A DNA stretch of 63,840 bases, the filler included, from Reclinomonas americana ATCC 50394 (taxonomy: Eukaryota), in assembly GCA_048213135.1 (NCBI GenBank). It is 5 parts of 5 records of this genome, joined end to end, with 100 filler letters (N's around TTAATTAATTAA, not from the genome) between each part and the next. Parts side by side here need not be neighbours in the genome. Positions count along the whole stretch, not along the records: positions 1 to 17,902 come from AFZH01021506.1; positions 18,003 to 31,482 come from AFZH01021508.1; 3 more parts are not named here. One strand, written 5' to 3'. The notes beneath the pieces were generated by a model. That model was not told where the DNA came from. It saw nothing but the letters and a program-made list of their open reading frames with translations, and did no database searches. The translations under genes were made by a program, and so were the position numbers. Positions 12,734 through 24,141 of this stretch are shown here, piece by piece. Position 1 is the first letter of the stretch; each line of letters opens with the position of its first letter.

Positions 12734-14436
12734 TCACATGGGATCGTAGTCGGCAGGATCCAGCCCGTCGACGTGTGCAGTGCGGCCGTCGAGGGCGGCA
12801 ACAATGAGTTCCACACACAACTGCGGTGGATGCAGTAAAGGCAGATCAGCGAACCTGATAAGAAAAAGGCAACGATCACAGCAAAAACCTCCGCTGAGCC
12901 AAAGGAGAGCGTCCAGCCCTTGCTGCCGTGGCCCGTGTTGACCCACAGCGAGCCCAGCGAACTCTCGATCGCACCCACCACTGGCAAATCGTCCGGTGAC
13001 ACTGGCCGCTGGCACGAGTGCACCTGCGAGCGCACACAGCGGGCACAGTCAGTTGCGCACTGCACTGTGCGGGTTCGTGTCAGTGCATCGAGCACGCAAC
13101 AGTTGCTCCCTCCCAGTCCAGCAGCGGCGAGTGCTCGGGGAACACGGCTGTGATGGCCTGTCGAATGTCGTCGACCTTTTGCTGCTGGGGAATCACTGCA
13201 TGCATACAGTGCGTGGTGAGCGCACAGACGGAACTTGTGCAATATGCTCGTAAACCACATGCTGACTGACCATCGCCAGGGCCGCTCAACTCGGCCCACG
13301 CCGACACGCGCATCGAGTTGCCGACAGTGGCCGCATACCTGTCCAGTGGTCACTGAGATACGCTGCCTCTCATGTACCAAGCAAACAAGCAAGTAATCGA
13401 CGTACACATGAGTGGACTCGTCGCCGATGGCACACCGCGGTCGCTCCTCCACTGGCCACCGACCGTACGGAATGTCGACGACGTGGCCCTTGAAGCGCGC
13501 AATGGGCGGGATGCGAGCGGCGCCAAACAGGTCGAGAACGCGCGGTGTCTCACAGCCGGCGCACACCACCACAATGTCGGCCTCCAGTTCGCGTCCGTCG
13601 TCCGTGCGCACCACATGCCGCCGCCGTGCATTGTCGCTGACAGTCACCACCGCCTGCGGACTCGTGTACCACACCTGCACGCCGAGAGCTCGACAACGCT
13701 CTTCCAGCGTGTGCACAAACGTGAGACAGTCGCCGTTCGCGTCGGCCGGGAACAGCACGGCGCCTGCCATGCGCGACGCCACGGGTCGCAGCGAAGGCTC
13801 CGTTTGCACGATTTCCGCCGCCGAGCGCAGCGCCACCGGTTGCACAGCGGGTGGCGGCTGCACGTGACCCAGTAGTGCGTCGAGTGCTCGCGTGGTGACG
13901 GCCAGCTCCAGCGATCCACTCGTGGCCCCCTGCAGCGGTGGCGCCGCCAATCCCACATCATTCAACATGCGATGCATCGCCTGCCGCGACACAGTGGCAA
14001 TGCGCGACAAGGCCGCCGCACGCACACTATCGGGGGCGGACGAGAGTGCCACGTGACGCGTCATGTGCCACGCCCACGGCAGAAACTGCGGATCACGAAG
14101 CACCGACGCACGAATACCGTACGGAGACTTGGCGGTGACTGTCTCCGGCGATGATGATGGCAGCACCGAAGAGAAGGAGAACGCCGATCGCACCATGCCA
14201 CGCAGCGCAGCTTTGCTGACCCACGGACCGCCATGCTCAAACAACCCGAAACACAGCAGTGATCCATTGAGACGACTGGCGGCTTGTGCACGATCCTCAT
14301 GACGCTCCATGATGGTGATGCGAGAGAAGCGACCGGTGGTGGCCAGTCGGAATGCAGTGGTCATACCAATCACGCCACCACCCACCACAAGAACGGAGGG
14401 TTGGCGCGGAGCATCGTCGGCGCGCGCGGCACACAT
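12734..14436 (-). CDS. FAD-dependent D-amino acid dehydrogenase (DadA-like, DAO family)
   Basis: Rossmann motif VLVVGGGVIGMTTA, ASRLNG, and C-terminal RPVSPDDLPVVG...LWVNTGHGSKGWTLSFGSA as in DadA; several GT-AG introns in the 3' half. Start codon uncertain. Confidence 0.8.
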
Positions 14437-14759
14437 TTGATAGAAATGGTTTCGTGTGGGACACATAGTCGCAAACGAAGTTGGCCGGCCAGGAACACTG
14501 GTAGGGGCAGAGAGGGGCTGCAACTGCAACGGAGGTGGACCGAGCGGCTTGCGCAGTGGTGGATGGAAGACGAACTTGCTAGAAAGAGCAAAGGGAAATC
14601 GGTGATCTCAACTGTGCAGCGGTCCTCTCCTCGCTCTCTGGCCATGGTCTGCAGGTGGGCCACGCATCACCTGTTAAAGCTTATCGTTCACTTGCGGCGC
14701 GCATTGCAGTCTCGGTTCTCGCAAAGACTCTTGACGCCAACTCTCTCTGCGCATCATCA

Positions 14760-15424
14760 TCATGCCTCTTCCTCGGCAGTGGCCGTGGCAGAGTCCGTAC
14801 TGCGCCTCGGCAAGCTACGACTGGCACGATACGAGAGGAAGGCGGCCCACGGAACACCAACCATGTTGATCACCAGCAAACGATGTTGCACGGGCACCAG
14901 TGCAAAGTTGATCATCTGTGTGGCGGGCCACACTGCCCAGTTGGTGACGAGTGTGCCCGGCAGCTCGGCGATGACCTTGTTCACCGAGAACGACAGCGAG
15001 TGGCCAGACGCCAGCGACATGAAGACAAACATGCAACTCAACAGAATGGGACCGAATGTCAACTGCGCATCGGGTGTGAGCGGGTGTGAGTGAATGAGTG
15101 CGCGCAGGTCAGCATGTGCACCTGATCAAGCGCCATTTTCTTGACCACTGCGGTGAATCCAGTGCCGCCGACGATGCGATCCAACAGCGGATACCAACGC
15201 GATGCAATGGGCGCAAAGCCAAATGTTCCCCACACAACACCACGCAGTGTGCGCCACGGATCGTACGCAGGCTCGGGGTGACCCGCAGAGACCGCCGCAG
15301 ACCGCTCAATGGTCTGACTGATGCCATCGCCGACCACCCACAGACAGCCCGATGTGGCCATGGCGGAGAGAAGCGGGCGCCGTGCGTTCACCGACGCGTA
15401 CCACCGCACAAAGGAGCCAAACAT
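14760..15424 (-). CDS. Mpv17/PMP22 family membrane protein
   Basis: RPLLSAMATSGCLWVVGDGISQ, YDPWRTLR, KKMALDQ|LTFGP, NWAVWPATQMINFALVPVQHRLLVINMVGVPWAAFLS; one intron. Confidence 0.92.
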
Positions 15425-15504
15425 GAGCTCGCCGGCGACAGAAACAAGAAGAAGAACGCGCACACGCGGGACAAGTCGAACTTCAGTTTTAATGATTGTT
15501 TTTT

Positions 15505-16332
15505 TCACTTGGCAGCCGCTGCAGAGCCGATGCCACTGGCCGCGGCGAGCAGCGGTGCAGAGGTACTGTCGTCGATCACGTGCAGGATCGGCGCCGGTCG
15601 AGAATGTGAGCCGGCAGCATGCTCGCCGACGGTCTCGTCGGGTCGCACAATCAGTACGGAGCACTTGGCCTCGTTGATGAGGTACTGCGCAGTGGAGCCG
15701 ACCAGCATGCGCTTCAACATGCCCTGCAGCACACACGCGCGGGCAGAAACGTCAGAACGTGGAAGGCAAGAGGCACAATATGAGTTTTCGAACACACGCA
15801 CCATGCCACGAGTGCCGACGACGATCACGTCGGTGTTGTCGTACTCGGCCATCTTGAGCAGTGCCTCGCGGCCCTCACCCGCCAGCACTCGCTTGTTGAC
15901 CTCCACGTCGCCCTCTCGCAGGTCGGTGCTCAAGTTGGCGTCGATCAGTGCAACAGCGTGGCTGAGGGTGCGACCGGCGGCCAGGATCTCCTCCGAGGCC
16001 GCGGGGTGAGTCTCGTCCGTGATGTCCTCCTCAGCGTGCATGGTCACCTCCAGACCAACGCCCTGCTCGGCGGCGTGGGGAGATGAGGAACATGATGCGA
16101 TTGTGCGACAACCTCGCGTGTGCGCGTGCTCACCATGCTGATCGAGTGCTGCTTCTTGACGGTGGTCACCACTGTCACCACATCGCCACGCTTGAGCATG
16201 CGCGCGCACTTGGCAGCTGTGTGCGAGAAAGAGAGAGGTGAGTGCGCGACAGGTGCAACACAGCAAAAGAGTCTTGCACGCACCCGCATTGTAAGAGAAC
16301 TGTGAGCCGTCGATACCGACCAGATAGCGCAT
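15505..16332 (-). CDS. Universal stress protein (UspA family)
   Basis: YLVGIDGSQFSYNA at the N-terminus and DVIVVGTRGM|GMLKRMLVGSTAQYLINEAKCSVLIVR at the C-terminus. Confidence 0.9.
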   Translation of the reverse strand: MRYLVGIDGSQFSYNAGACKTLLLCCTCRALTSLFLAHSCQVRAHAQAWRCGDSGDHRQEAALDQHGEHAHTRGCRTIASCSSSPHAAEQGVGLEVTMHAEEDITDETHPAASEEILAAGRTLSHAVALIDANLSTDLREGDVEVNKRVLAGEGREALLKMAEYDNTDVIVVGTRGMVRVFENSYCASCLPRSDVSARACVLQGMLKRMLVGSTAQYLINEAKCSVLIVRPDETVGEHAAGSHSRPAPILHVIDDSTSAPLLAAASGIGSAAAAK

Positions 16333-16469
16333 GATGGATTCAAGAGGAGTGGAGTTGGATAAAAGGGACTGTGTGTGTGCTCTCTCCGAGTGAAGGCGAA
16401 AGGAAAAACAACAACGACGAAAAGATGCGACAAGAGATTCCAATCACTTTTTTACGACGAGTTGTCGTT

Positions 16470-17220
16470 TCAGTGGCGCAGCGAACCGATAGAGTAGAGC
16501 CACTGAACGTATTCGCTCAGCGTGACTGAGCCGGAACCGTCGGCGTCGAGCTGCGCCCGGCAGTCGTCCAGCGAGAGACTCGTCAATCCGTTTCGGGTGC
16601 TGCGCACAGCGATGCAAATCAATCAAAGAGACGTGCTGCTGCGCTGCGTTTGCATGGCGACACAACGCAACAGATCGGCGTGGAGGGCGGGGAACTCGCT
16701 CTCCGTCGACAGAGCTCCACTGCGGTCGCTGTCGAACTGTGCATCACAGTCAGAGAAAGAACGAAACGAGAGGGGGCGTGACGACACACGAAACGTATTG
16801 GAAGTAGGCGACGGCTTGTTGCAGCGCCTCCAGCTTGCTCGTGTCACCTTCGGCGTCGGCAGCATTCAGATGTGCAAAGCGCTCTGAATCGGACCACCTG
16901 CGCGGAGGGAGATGTGAGATCCCAGTGCATGCACGCACCGAGAACAATCCACACACACCACTTGCGGAACGCGGGATACGCGATGCCCCCGGCTTCCACG
17001 CCACTGGGGTCGATCTCCGACAGCGCAACCTGAAGACTGGCGTCGCTCATTGCGTGGCCAAGAGAGTAGCACAGCCTGCACGCACGAGTGAGAGATGATG
17101 ATTGCTTTGTTGCTTGTGTGGGTGCACCCACCGTCGGAACTCGTCGAGGCTGATGCGGCCCGAATGATCGGTGTCGTGCTTGTCAAACAAAATCTTGGAG
17201 AAGGGTGGAGGGCCGGCCAT
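16470..17220 (-). CDS. Four-EF-hand calcium-binding protein
   Basis: Spliced exons give FDKHDTDHSGRISLDEF, IDPSGVEAGGIAYPAF, FDSDRSGALSTESEF and LDADGSGSVTLSEY. Confidence 0.8.
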
Positions 17221-17567
17221 CGGTGTGTGTGTGTGTGCTCACAGACAGGGAAATGTGGGAAATGGAGTGGGACTTTTTTGCTCCGTCGTCGTCGTCGGGG
17301 ACGCTGCGTGCGCACGTTCAGTGTTACAAAGAGACTGCATGAGGGATCATTGACAAGCATCCGCCGTGACGGATTCTTTTGGTGTCATGGAAATGGTGGT
17401 GGGGAGGCACGTCAACCAGCCAAGGTACTCCGACCGGGAGCCCTGTTGACAGGCGTGGCGACGGAGACACTCCAACCACACACGAAAGATGCCCGGAGGC
17501 GCAGAACAATCAAGTACAATGACCCCATTCCCCCAGCGCCTCGTCTATCACATCCTACTTCTCGCAT

Positions 17568-17902
17568 CAAGTGAGTGAAACACAAGACTCGCTCACTGCA
17601 CCCCACGACTTGCCCTCTGTTCACACAATCTGTTCACATCCTGCTTCCCATGCACAGACACAGACACCAAGTGAGTGAAACACAAGACTCGCTCACTGCA
17701 CCCCACGACTTGCCCTCTGTTCACACAATCTGTTCACATCCTGCTTCTCATACACACAGACACAGACACCAAGTGAGTGAAACACAAGACTCGCTCACTG
17801 CACCCCATGACTTGCCCTCTGTTCACACAATCTGTTCACATCCTGGTTCTCATACGCACAGACACCAAGTGAGTGAAACACAAGACTCGCTCACTGCACC
17901 CC
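17568..17902 (+). repeat. Tandem repeat, ~100-bp unit, ~3.3 copies, running into the contig end
   Basis: The unit caagtgagtgaaacacaagactcgctcactgcacccc...cacagacac restarts near 17568, 17668, 17770 and 17866. Confidence 0.9.
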
Positions 17903-18002
17903 NNNNNNNNNNNNNNNNNNNNNNNNNNNNNNNNNNNNNNNNNNNNTTAATTAATTAANNNNNNNNNNNNNNNNNNNNNNNNNNNNNNNNNNNNNNNNNN
18001 NN
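17903..18002. other. Artificial contig linker (N44-TTAATTAATTAA-N44)
   Basis: Identical 100-nt structure at four places; the core has stop codons in all six frames. Confidence 0.97.
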
Positions 18003-18987
18003 GCGATATGGTGCCAGACAACTTCTTCACTGCGCTGTCGCAGTTGGAACAGAACGACCCTTACGAGCCGGTCGTGAAGAAGTTCCTCGATGCGTGGCTG
18101 CTGCCGGCGGCTGCACTGCTTGGCGTCACCGAACGCTCACTCACAATTACCAACGAGGCCAGGCCGCCGGGCGAAGAGGTGCTCCTGGCCACTGGCGAGG
18201 TTGCTCGGCTCTTTGAGGGCCCGTTGGCACGTGTGGTTGTGGTGGCCCGTCGTGGCGGTGCCGGCAACATGCTGCCAGGTGTGTGGGTGTTCGTTCTGTA
18301 AGCATGCACGTCAGGGACAACTCTTATTCCGGCCACTGCAGCGTGTGTACAAGCGATTCTGGAGTTGGCCACTCTTTGCCAGCTGGACCGCACTGTCAAT
18401 CGTCACCAACAGCGACTGCATTTCGCCATGGTCACCACCGGCTATCGATATCAGTTTATCCAGTTTAGTCCCGTGGCAGTGCTAATGTCGCGCCAGTTTT
18501 GTGCGGACACGTGGCTCGACTTGGTGGCTATTATGCACCGGTTCCACGGTATCATGGCAACTGTTCAGGTGCACATCCACACCCGTGCTATGCAGCTGCG
18601 TTCCAAATTCACCCCTTGCTTGCTTTATATCTGCAGGCTACGGAATCGCTGCCAGCGTGGGTAGAGCACTCGTGCGCCGGCAGTATGGCCTCGGCAAGTG
18701 CACCATCGCCGTTTGCGGGCATGTCATCTGCCTGGTCACCGGCCAGCAGCAGCGGCTCGCGCACATCTGACTCGGAAGTTTGTGATCCGTTGTCTCCATT
18801 TGAGTCGCCTCTTGGCGACGCCAGCGTGCGCAGACCACCACCACCGCCACTGGCGGCTCCCAGAGGCGACGGCGACGACGACGACGATGACGATGATGAC
18901 GACGATGCGTATTCCGCAAGCTCCATTGATCGCGCCGAGACGCCACCAGCCAAGACGGCGCACAGGGACATGGACGATCCATACTAG
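18003..18987 (+). CDS. 5'-truncated hypothetical protein, possibly a degenerate restriction-endonuclease-like (Crinkler-type) domain with acidic tail
   Basis: Three exons (ORFs 18008..18301, 18365..18664, 18499..18987). The motif FAMVTTGYRYQFIQF resembles the xxTTGxxWxF motif of eukaryotic REase-like domains. Confidence 0.45.
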
Positions 18988-19046
18988 TTGTTTTAAACAC
19001 AATACTTATTGTTACATTCATTTAACATTCGACGGTGATTCGGGAG

Positions 19047-22000
19047 CTACTGTTTCTTTTGGTTGGGTGGGTCGTGTAGGCCGAGTCGCGTACGCGCGAG
19101 GGAGAGGACGGTCCGATTTCGCCCTGGCCACGCACCAAGCGGCCACTGCACGGAGTCTGGCACAGTCGACGACGCTCGCTGAGGCTGAACATTCGTACAC
19201 ATCAATCAGTGTGAGATGAAGCGATATTGAACTACAAGATCGGCAGACTCACCGTCGACGACAGCGAAGGTAGACGATGTGCGCCAGTGGACCATCTAAA
19301 GAATTCTTCATCGGCATCTCCGCTGGCCGCATTCAGTCGCGGCAGCGGTGGTGGTGATGGCCCATCACCGGCAGGCTCATCGTTGTCAGCATCCGCCGGC
19401 TGCTTGTCGTCCTTGTCGTTGATGCTGAATGTCACTGTCCCCTTGCGAGTCTTTGCTTTCGTCGGCCGGCGATGCACACGCCACTGGTAACAAGATCAGC
19501 GACAACCACACTTGCGCATGCACACACAAACGCGAGCGAACCTTGGGCACGAGCTCTTCCTCGTCTTCCTCCCATTCCTTGCGTCGCTTGCAGCCCCAGA
19601 CGAGAAAGACCACCAGTAGCACAGCCAGAAAGATCAACACAATGACCCACCACTGGTCGCCGATCCAGCTGGGCGGAACATCGACAACTTCATCGTCGCC
19701 ACTGGTGTCTTGCATGCCGGGAGTTGTGGGTGTTCCGCTGTCACCAGATGGTGGTATGGTTGGGACCGGAGCAACAGGAGTGCCCATATCCTCCGGCGCA
19801 CTGGGCAGTGTTGGCAGAGGTGCAAAATCGGGTACCACCGGCTCCTCCGTGTCCACCGGCACCACGGCAAATGTACCTGAGCGCGCAACCATCGGATGCA
19901 CTGGCGCCTCCGTGTCCACCACGAACAGCACCAGCGGTGTGCTGTCGTAGGTCTCCTGTGTGTGCCACTGCAGCGTGTTGACCTCGGAGGAGTCGCAGTT
20001 GCACGGAATGGTCCACGATTGCAGAACCAGAGGGTCGTCGACATTGACGAGACCACGCACCTCAGTATCCGTCAAGGAGCCATCCAGGCCAATGACCACC
20101 GTGGCACGAGTCAGCAACACCAGCGCTTTCATCATCGACGCTCGCGAACACTGGAAGGCCAGCTGCACGGGGTCGCCCGACTGTACCACCATCTCACTGG
20201 GTGGTGAAGTGACGCTGATTACGGGAGAGCGGACCGAGAACAGTGGCGAGGCGCCAATCACCGAGGCCGTCAATGCATCCCTCACGTAGACTTGATAGTT
20301 GTTCATGCCAGTCACCACATCGGCAACCAAGGTCCACTGCAGAGTGTTCTGCGTGTGGCCGTCACAAACACCGGCGTAGCCGGGATCCAGCACGAAGGAA
20401 TCTTGTGGAGATGAACCCTCCAGCGTTACTTTTGCAGTCTGTGCCGCGGATCCAAGACACGTCCACTTGACGGTGAGATCGTCGAACCGCGTGACCGTGT
20501 CGCCGGATTGTGGAGCTACCACAGAGATGCTTGGTCCTGCAGATACACGAGCAAATTCAGTGATGAGAAAGAGCAAATGGAGAGAGAGAGAGAGAGAGAA
20601 GCACTCAACTACTAGTTGTCAACGTCGTCAACAGCGTCCATGGATCATTGGCGGATGACGAGCCCAGGCGCAGACACAGCTGCACACTGGGATTGGCAGC
20701 GGCGACTGCGGAGGTCATACTCAACACCGCAACCTCGGCAGTATCCGACGGGCCGGTGGTATCTGGATTGGCGCTGGTCCCCGGGAGCATGGTACCGGTG
20801 GCGCACGTCGCAGTGGATGAAATCAGTTTGAACTGATCGCGAGACTGTGGTGGTCAACAACATTGGCACGAGTGAGTTGATGCAATGCGTGCTGTGACCA
20901 ATAAGAGTGATCTCTCACCGGCGACAGATTGCTGCCTGTGATTATCACTCGTGTCGGCACCGCCTCAATAACAACAGTGGTGGTGCTGATTGTCGCCGTT
21001 TGCACTGCAACGGAGTGCATATGAGAAAGAAGCACCTACATCAAGTACGACGACAATCATCGCACTCACCAGAGGTCAGCTGCAAATCAACCATCGACGT
21101 GTCTTGCGCTCGTGTCCATCCGGCACCAGCGAGATTGTAGCATACCGAATAGTTGCCTACGACAGCACACACTCCTCAGCGATGCTCTGGACAGCAGAAC
21201 ACATCTGAATTGTTAAACAACAACAGCATAGAAATACCTGCTCGAATGTTTCCCGACACAACAACTGCCGTGGCAGTGGCAGAGATTGGCGTGAGCGCCG
21301 GACCGGTGGTGAAGTCCGGCGGGTTGCATCTGCCTCCAGCCGGTACCAGTTGCACCAGAACATTGGTGCTGAGACCAGTACCCAGTAACTACGCGATAAA
21401 GCGTACGTGAGCACCTGTGGCATATCACGTATATCTACCACATCAAGATCTCAAGTCGTAACTGTCAGTGTCCCCGATGGCGAATCGGCACGAATGCTAA
21501 AGGGCGTCACGCCGCGGATGCCAGGTGGAAAGGCAACAGTAAATGGCAGCGAGTCCTGGCTGACGGCATTGATGCTGGGCGACACGGTAGCATTCAACGA
21601 CTTCATGGTCACACGAATCTTGCTGCCTGTGGATGTGGAAGGAAGGAGAAGCGCCATGTTAAGATCTTAATCCCGCTCATCATCATTCGAATACATCTGC
21701 CGCAGAAACACACCTGCTCCGCCGACAACAGTGAGTGGCACTATCACCGAGGCAGTGTTTGGCGTGCCAGTCGGACCAGGACTGCATGTGGGCACAAACG
21801 AGCCCAACAACACCGGCGTCACTCCTGCATCCAGCAGGAAGACATCCACTCCAATTCGACTGGCGCCATTGAACAGGGCCACACACGAATACTGCACGTT
21901 GTTTGCAATGCCAGCCGTCAACGGATTCACCGCGACAGTCACCGACGGAATGCTGGGCACTGACAGGCGTATCAATTGCAGCGATGAGCATGAATGTACA

Positions 22001-23799
22001 ATAATGCTTGCGACGGACGAGAGAATGCAAAACACACACCGTGAAACGTGAACGCTGTTGGCGAGTCGGCCACCACAGTCGTGTCCGTGTTGCGCAGGCG
22101 CACATTGTATGTCGACGAGTCGACCATGGTTGTCACCACCAGCGGTGTAGTCACAGACACAGTCGCGGGAGATGCCCTAGCGTGCGCACCCACAGTCAGG
22201 TACGGATCGTGTCACGGCACACACACACACACGCACAGCCGCGCAGATACGCAACATTCGCAAGGTGGAGACAGTGAAGACTGCTTCAGTGGTACATGGC
22301 TCGACGCAGCCAGTTGCCACGGCCAGCACCTCTATATTCGCGTCGAATTTGTCGATATTGTACTGTATCGTGTTTGTCAAGTGTCAGGTGCACAAATGAA
22401 GGCAGTTCGCGGGAGGCAGACGCAACAGAGATATCTGGAATGTAGTACTGATACACGTCGGCAGGGAGCATGATGAAGGTCACTGATGAGGCAGAGAAAG
22501 AGTGTTGGTGATACCAAAGAGTGAACGAGACGAAAGAGGAATCAGAACGCACTCAGTGCCGAGGCAGCGACACAGACACCATCCACCACTGTTACACGTC
22601 GACGAGACAACACACAGTCAGCAATCCACACTGCATCGCACATGTTATGGAGAATGGCGGGAGCGTACCCGTTTGCAACACGGCAGCCAGCGTGACGGAA
22701 TCGGTGGTGCCGATTGGCTGATACAGTTTCTGTAATGGGTTTGTTGGGTCTGGCGAGGCGTACTCCTTCATCTCCTTGTCTTCAAATGTGGGCAAAGCGG
22801 CAAAATCTAGGGACTGGGTCAAGGCAATGGTCTTGATGATGACTCCCCTCGCACGGATGCTCGCGGCCGCTGTCGCCGCGCGAGTCACTTGACCCTGGTA
22901 ATTGACATCTGATGATTTGCGCGTCAGAACTCGTGCAAAATGAGACTGACCCTCTGCCACGCTCACCTGTCCACGGATCTGAGCCGGCAAGATACTCGAA
23001 AGTGTTGGTGGTGTCACAAATGTACTGGGAGTAGGTGAAGTAGCTGGTGCACTCGGTCAGGCGCGCGGTGAGGTAGATCATGATTTTGACTGCGTCGGGG
23101 CGCAAGTTGGTGGCCGTGGCCCAAAAGTTGTCTGCCCACTCGAGCGCAAGGTACGAGGCCGAGAAGCGCGCATCCATCAAATTGGCGCCCAACGTGTTGA
23201 CGAGTCCGGGGGCACTGGCCGCAAACGAAGCCGCAGTGTCGCCCATTGCCGGGTCCGGTCGAATGTCGAATCCTTGCGAAAGATCCACCGCCGTGGCGTA
23301 TGGAATCGGCGTGTAGCCGGGACAGAATGTAAACTGATCCGCGCACCCAAATGGGGCCGGGAACGTGTAATCCGAAGTGTCAGACGGCGTGGAGACTGCG
23401 CAGCGCTTCTGCGTGAGAGGACACAAAAGGAGGTGTGCGCGCGCGCGACGCAACATTGTCGCACAGACAGGTGCTGAAAGTCGTAGTCCAGCGAGCCAGC
23501 CAAGTCGGCAATCCAGTCTGTGACCAGCGGCTGATATGGCGTGACATAACTCGAACCTGACACCGTCATCATTATCGTGAGTGATGTTCGAAATGATGAC
23601 ACAGCAGAAGCGTACACACACGCACACGCACAAACACACACACACACACACAAAGATAGACTGCCGACAACTCACCATCAAAGAGCAGCAACACGTCGGC
23701 TTTTGTGGAGGTGCAGGAGATGGTCGTTGGCACCGCATCCACTTCATGTATTGTGCGAGTCGTCACCATAAGAAGAAGTAGACAGAAAGTCACGCGCAT
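19047..23799 (-). CDS. Type I membrane protein A: signal peptide, degenerate vWA domain, several Ig-like/Kre9-like beta domains, TM, cytoplasmic tail
   Basis: MRVTFCLLLLM signal; DVLLLFD|GSSYV, RPDAVKIMIYLT and AAASIRARGVIIKTIAL (vWA elements); ISVVAPQSGDTVTRFDDLTVKWTC; TM WWVIVLIFLAVLLVVFLVWGC followed by KRRKEWEEDEEELVPK. Confidence 0.7.
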
Positions 23800-24141
23800 G
23801 ACTGCGCTTGGCCGCAGCGAAGCGTGCATTGTCTGCCGACACTCTCTCACGGCTGTGTGCGTGCGTGCGTGCAAGTTTGTGTGGTGTGTGTGTGAGAGAG
23901 AGCGAGTGAGCGAGTGATTGCGCTACAAATGACATAAAAGGCAAATTTGCAAGTGGCCACGCACCACTTCTCCTCGCGCCACAACATCGCCGACTGCGCA
24001 CAACTGCGCACATTCGCGCGAGCGGTCACTGGAGTGAGTGCGAGAAGTCTGAAGTGTGTGTGCCGCCCGCTGTTCGGCGTGTGCGGTCGTGTGTGTCTTG
24101 GACAATCAGTCAAGGCGAGCACTGTACACTTCGCGCGCCTG

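Noticed and set aside
17568..17902. Repeat-spacer-like array
   Set aside because: The whole ~100-bp unit is repeated, with no variable spacers.
17903..18002. TTAATTAATTAA flanked by Ns (four occurrences) as a transposon target site or biological motif
   Set aside because: Identical 100-nt construct with six-frame stops at every gap: a contig concatenation linker.
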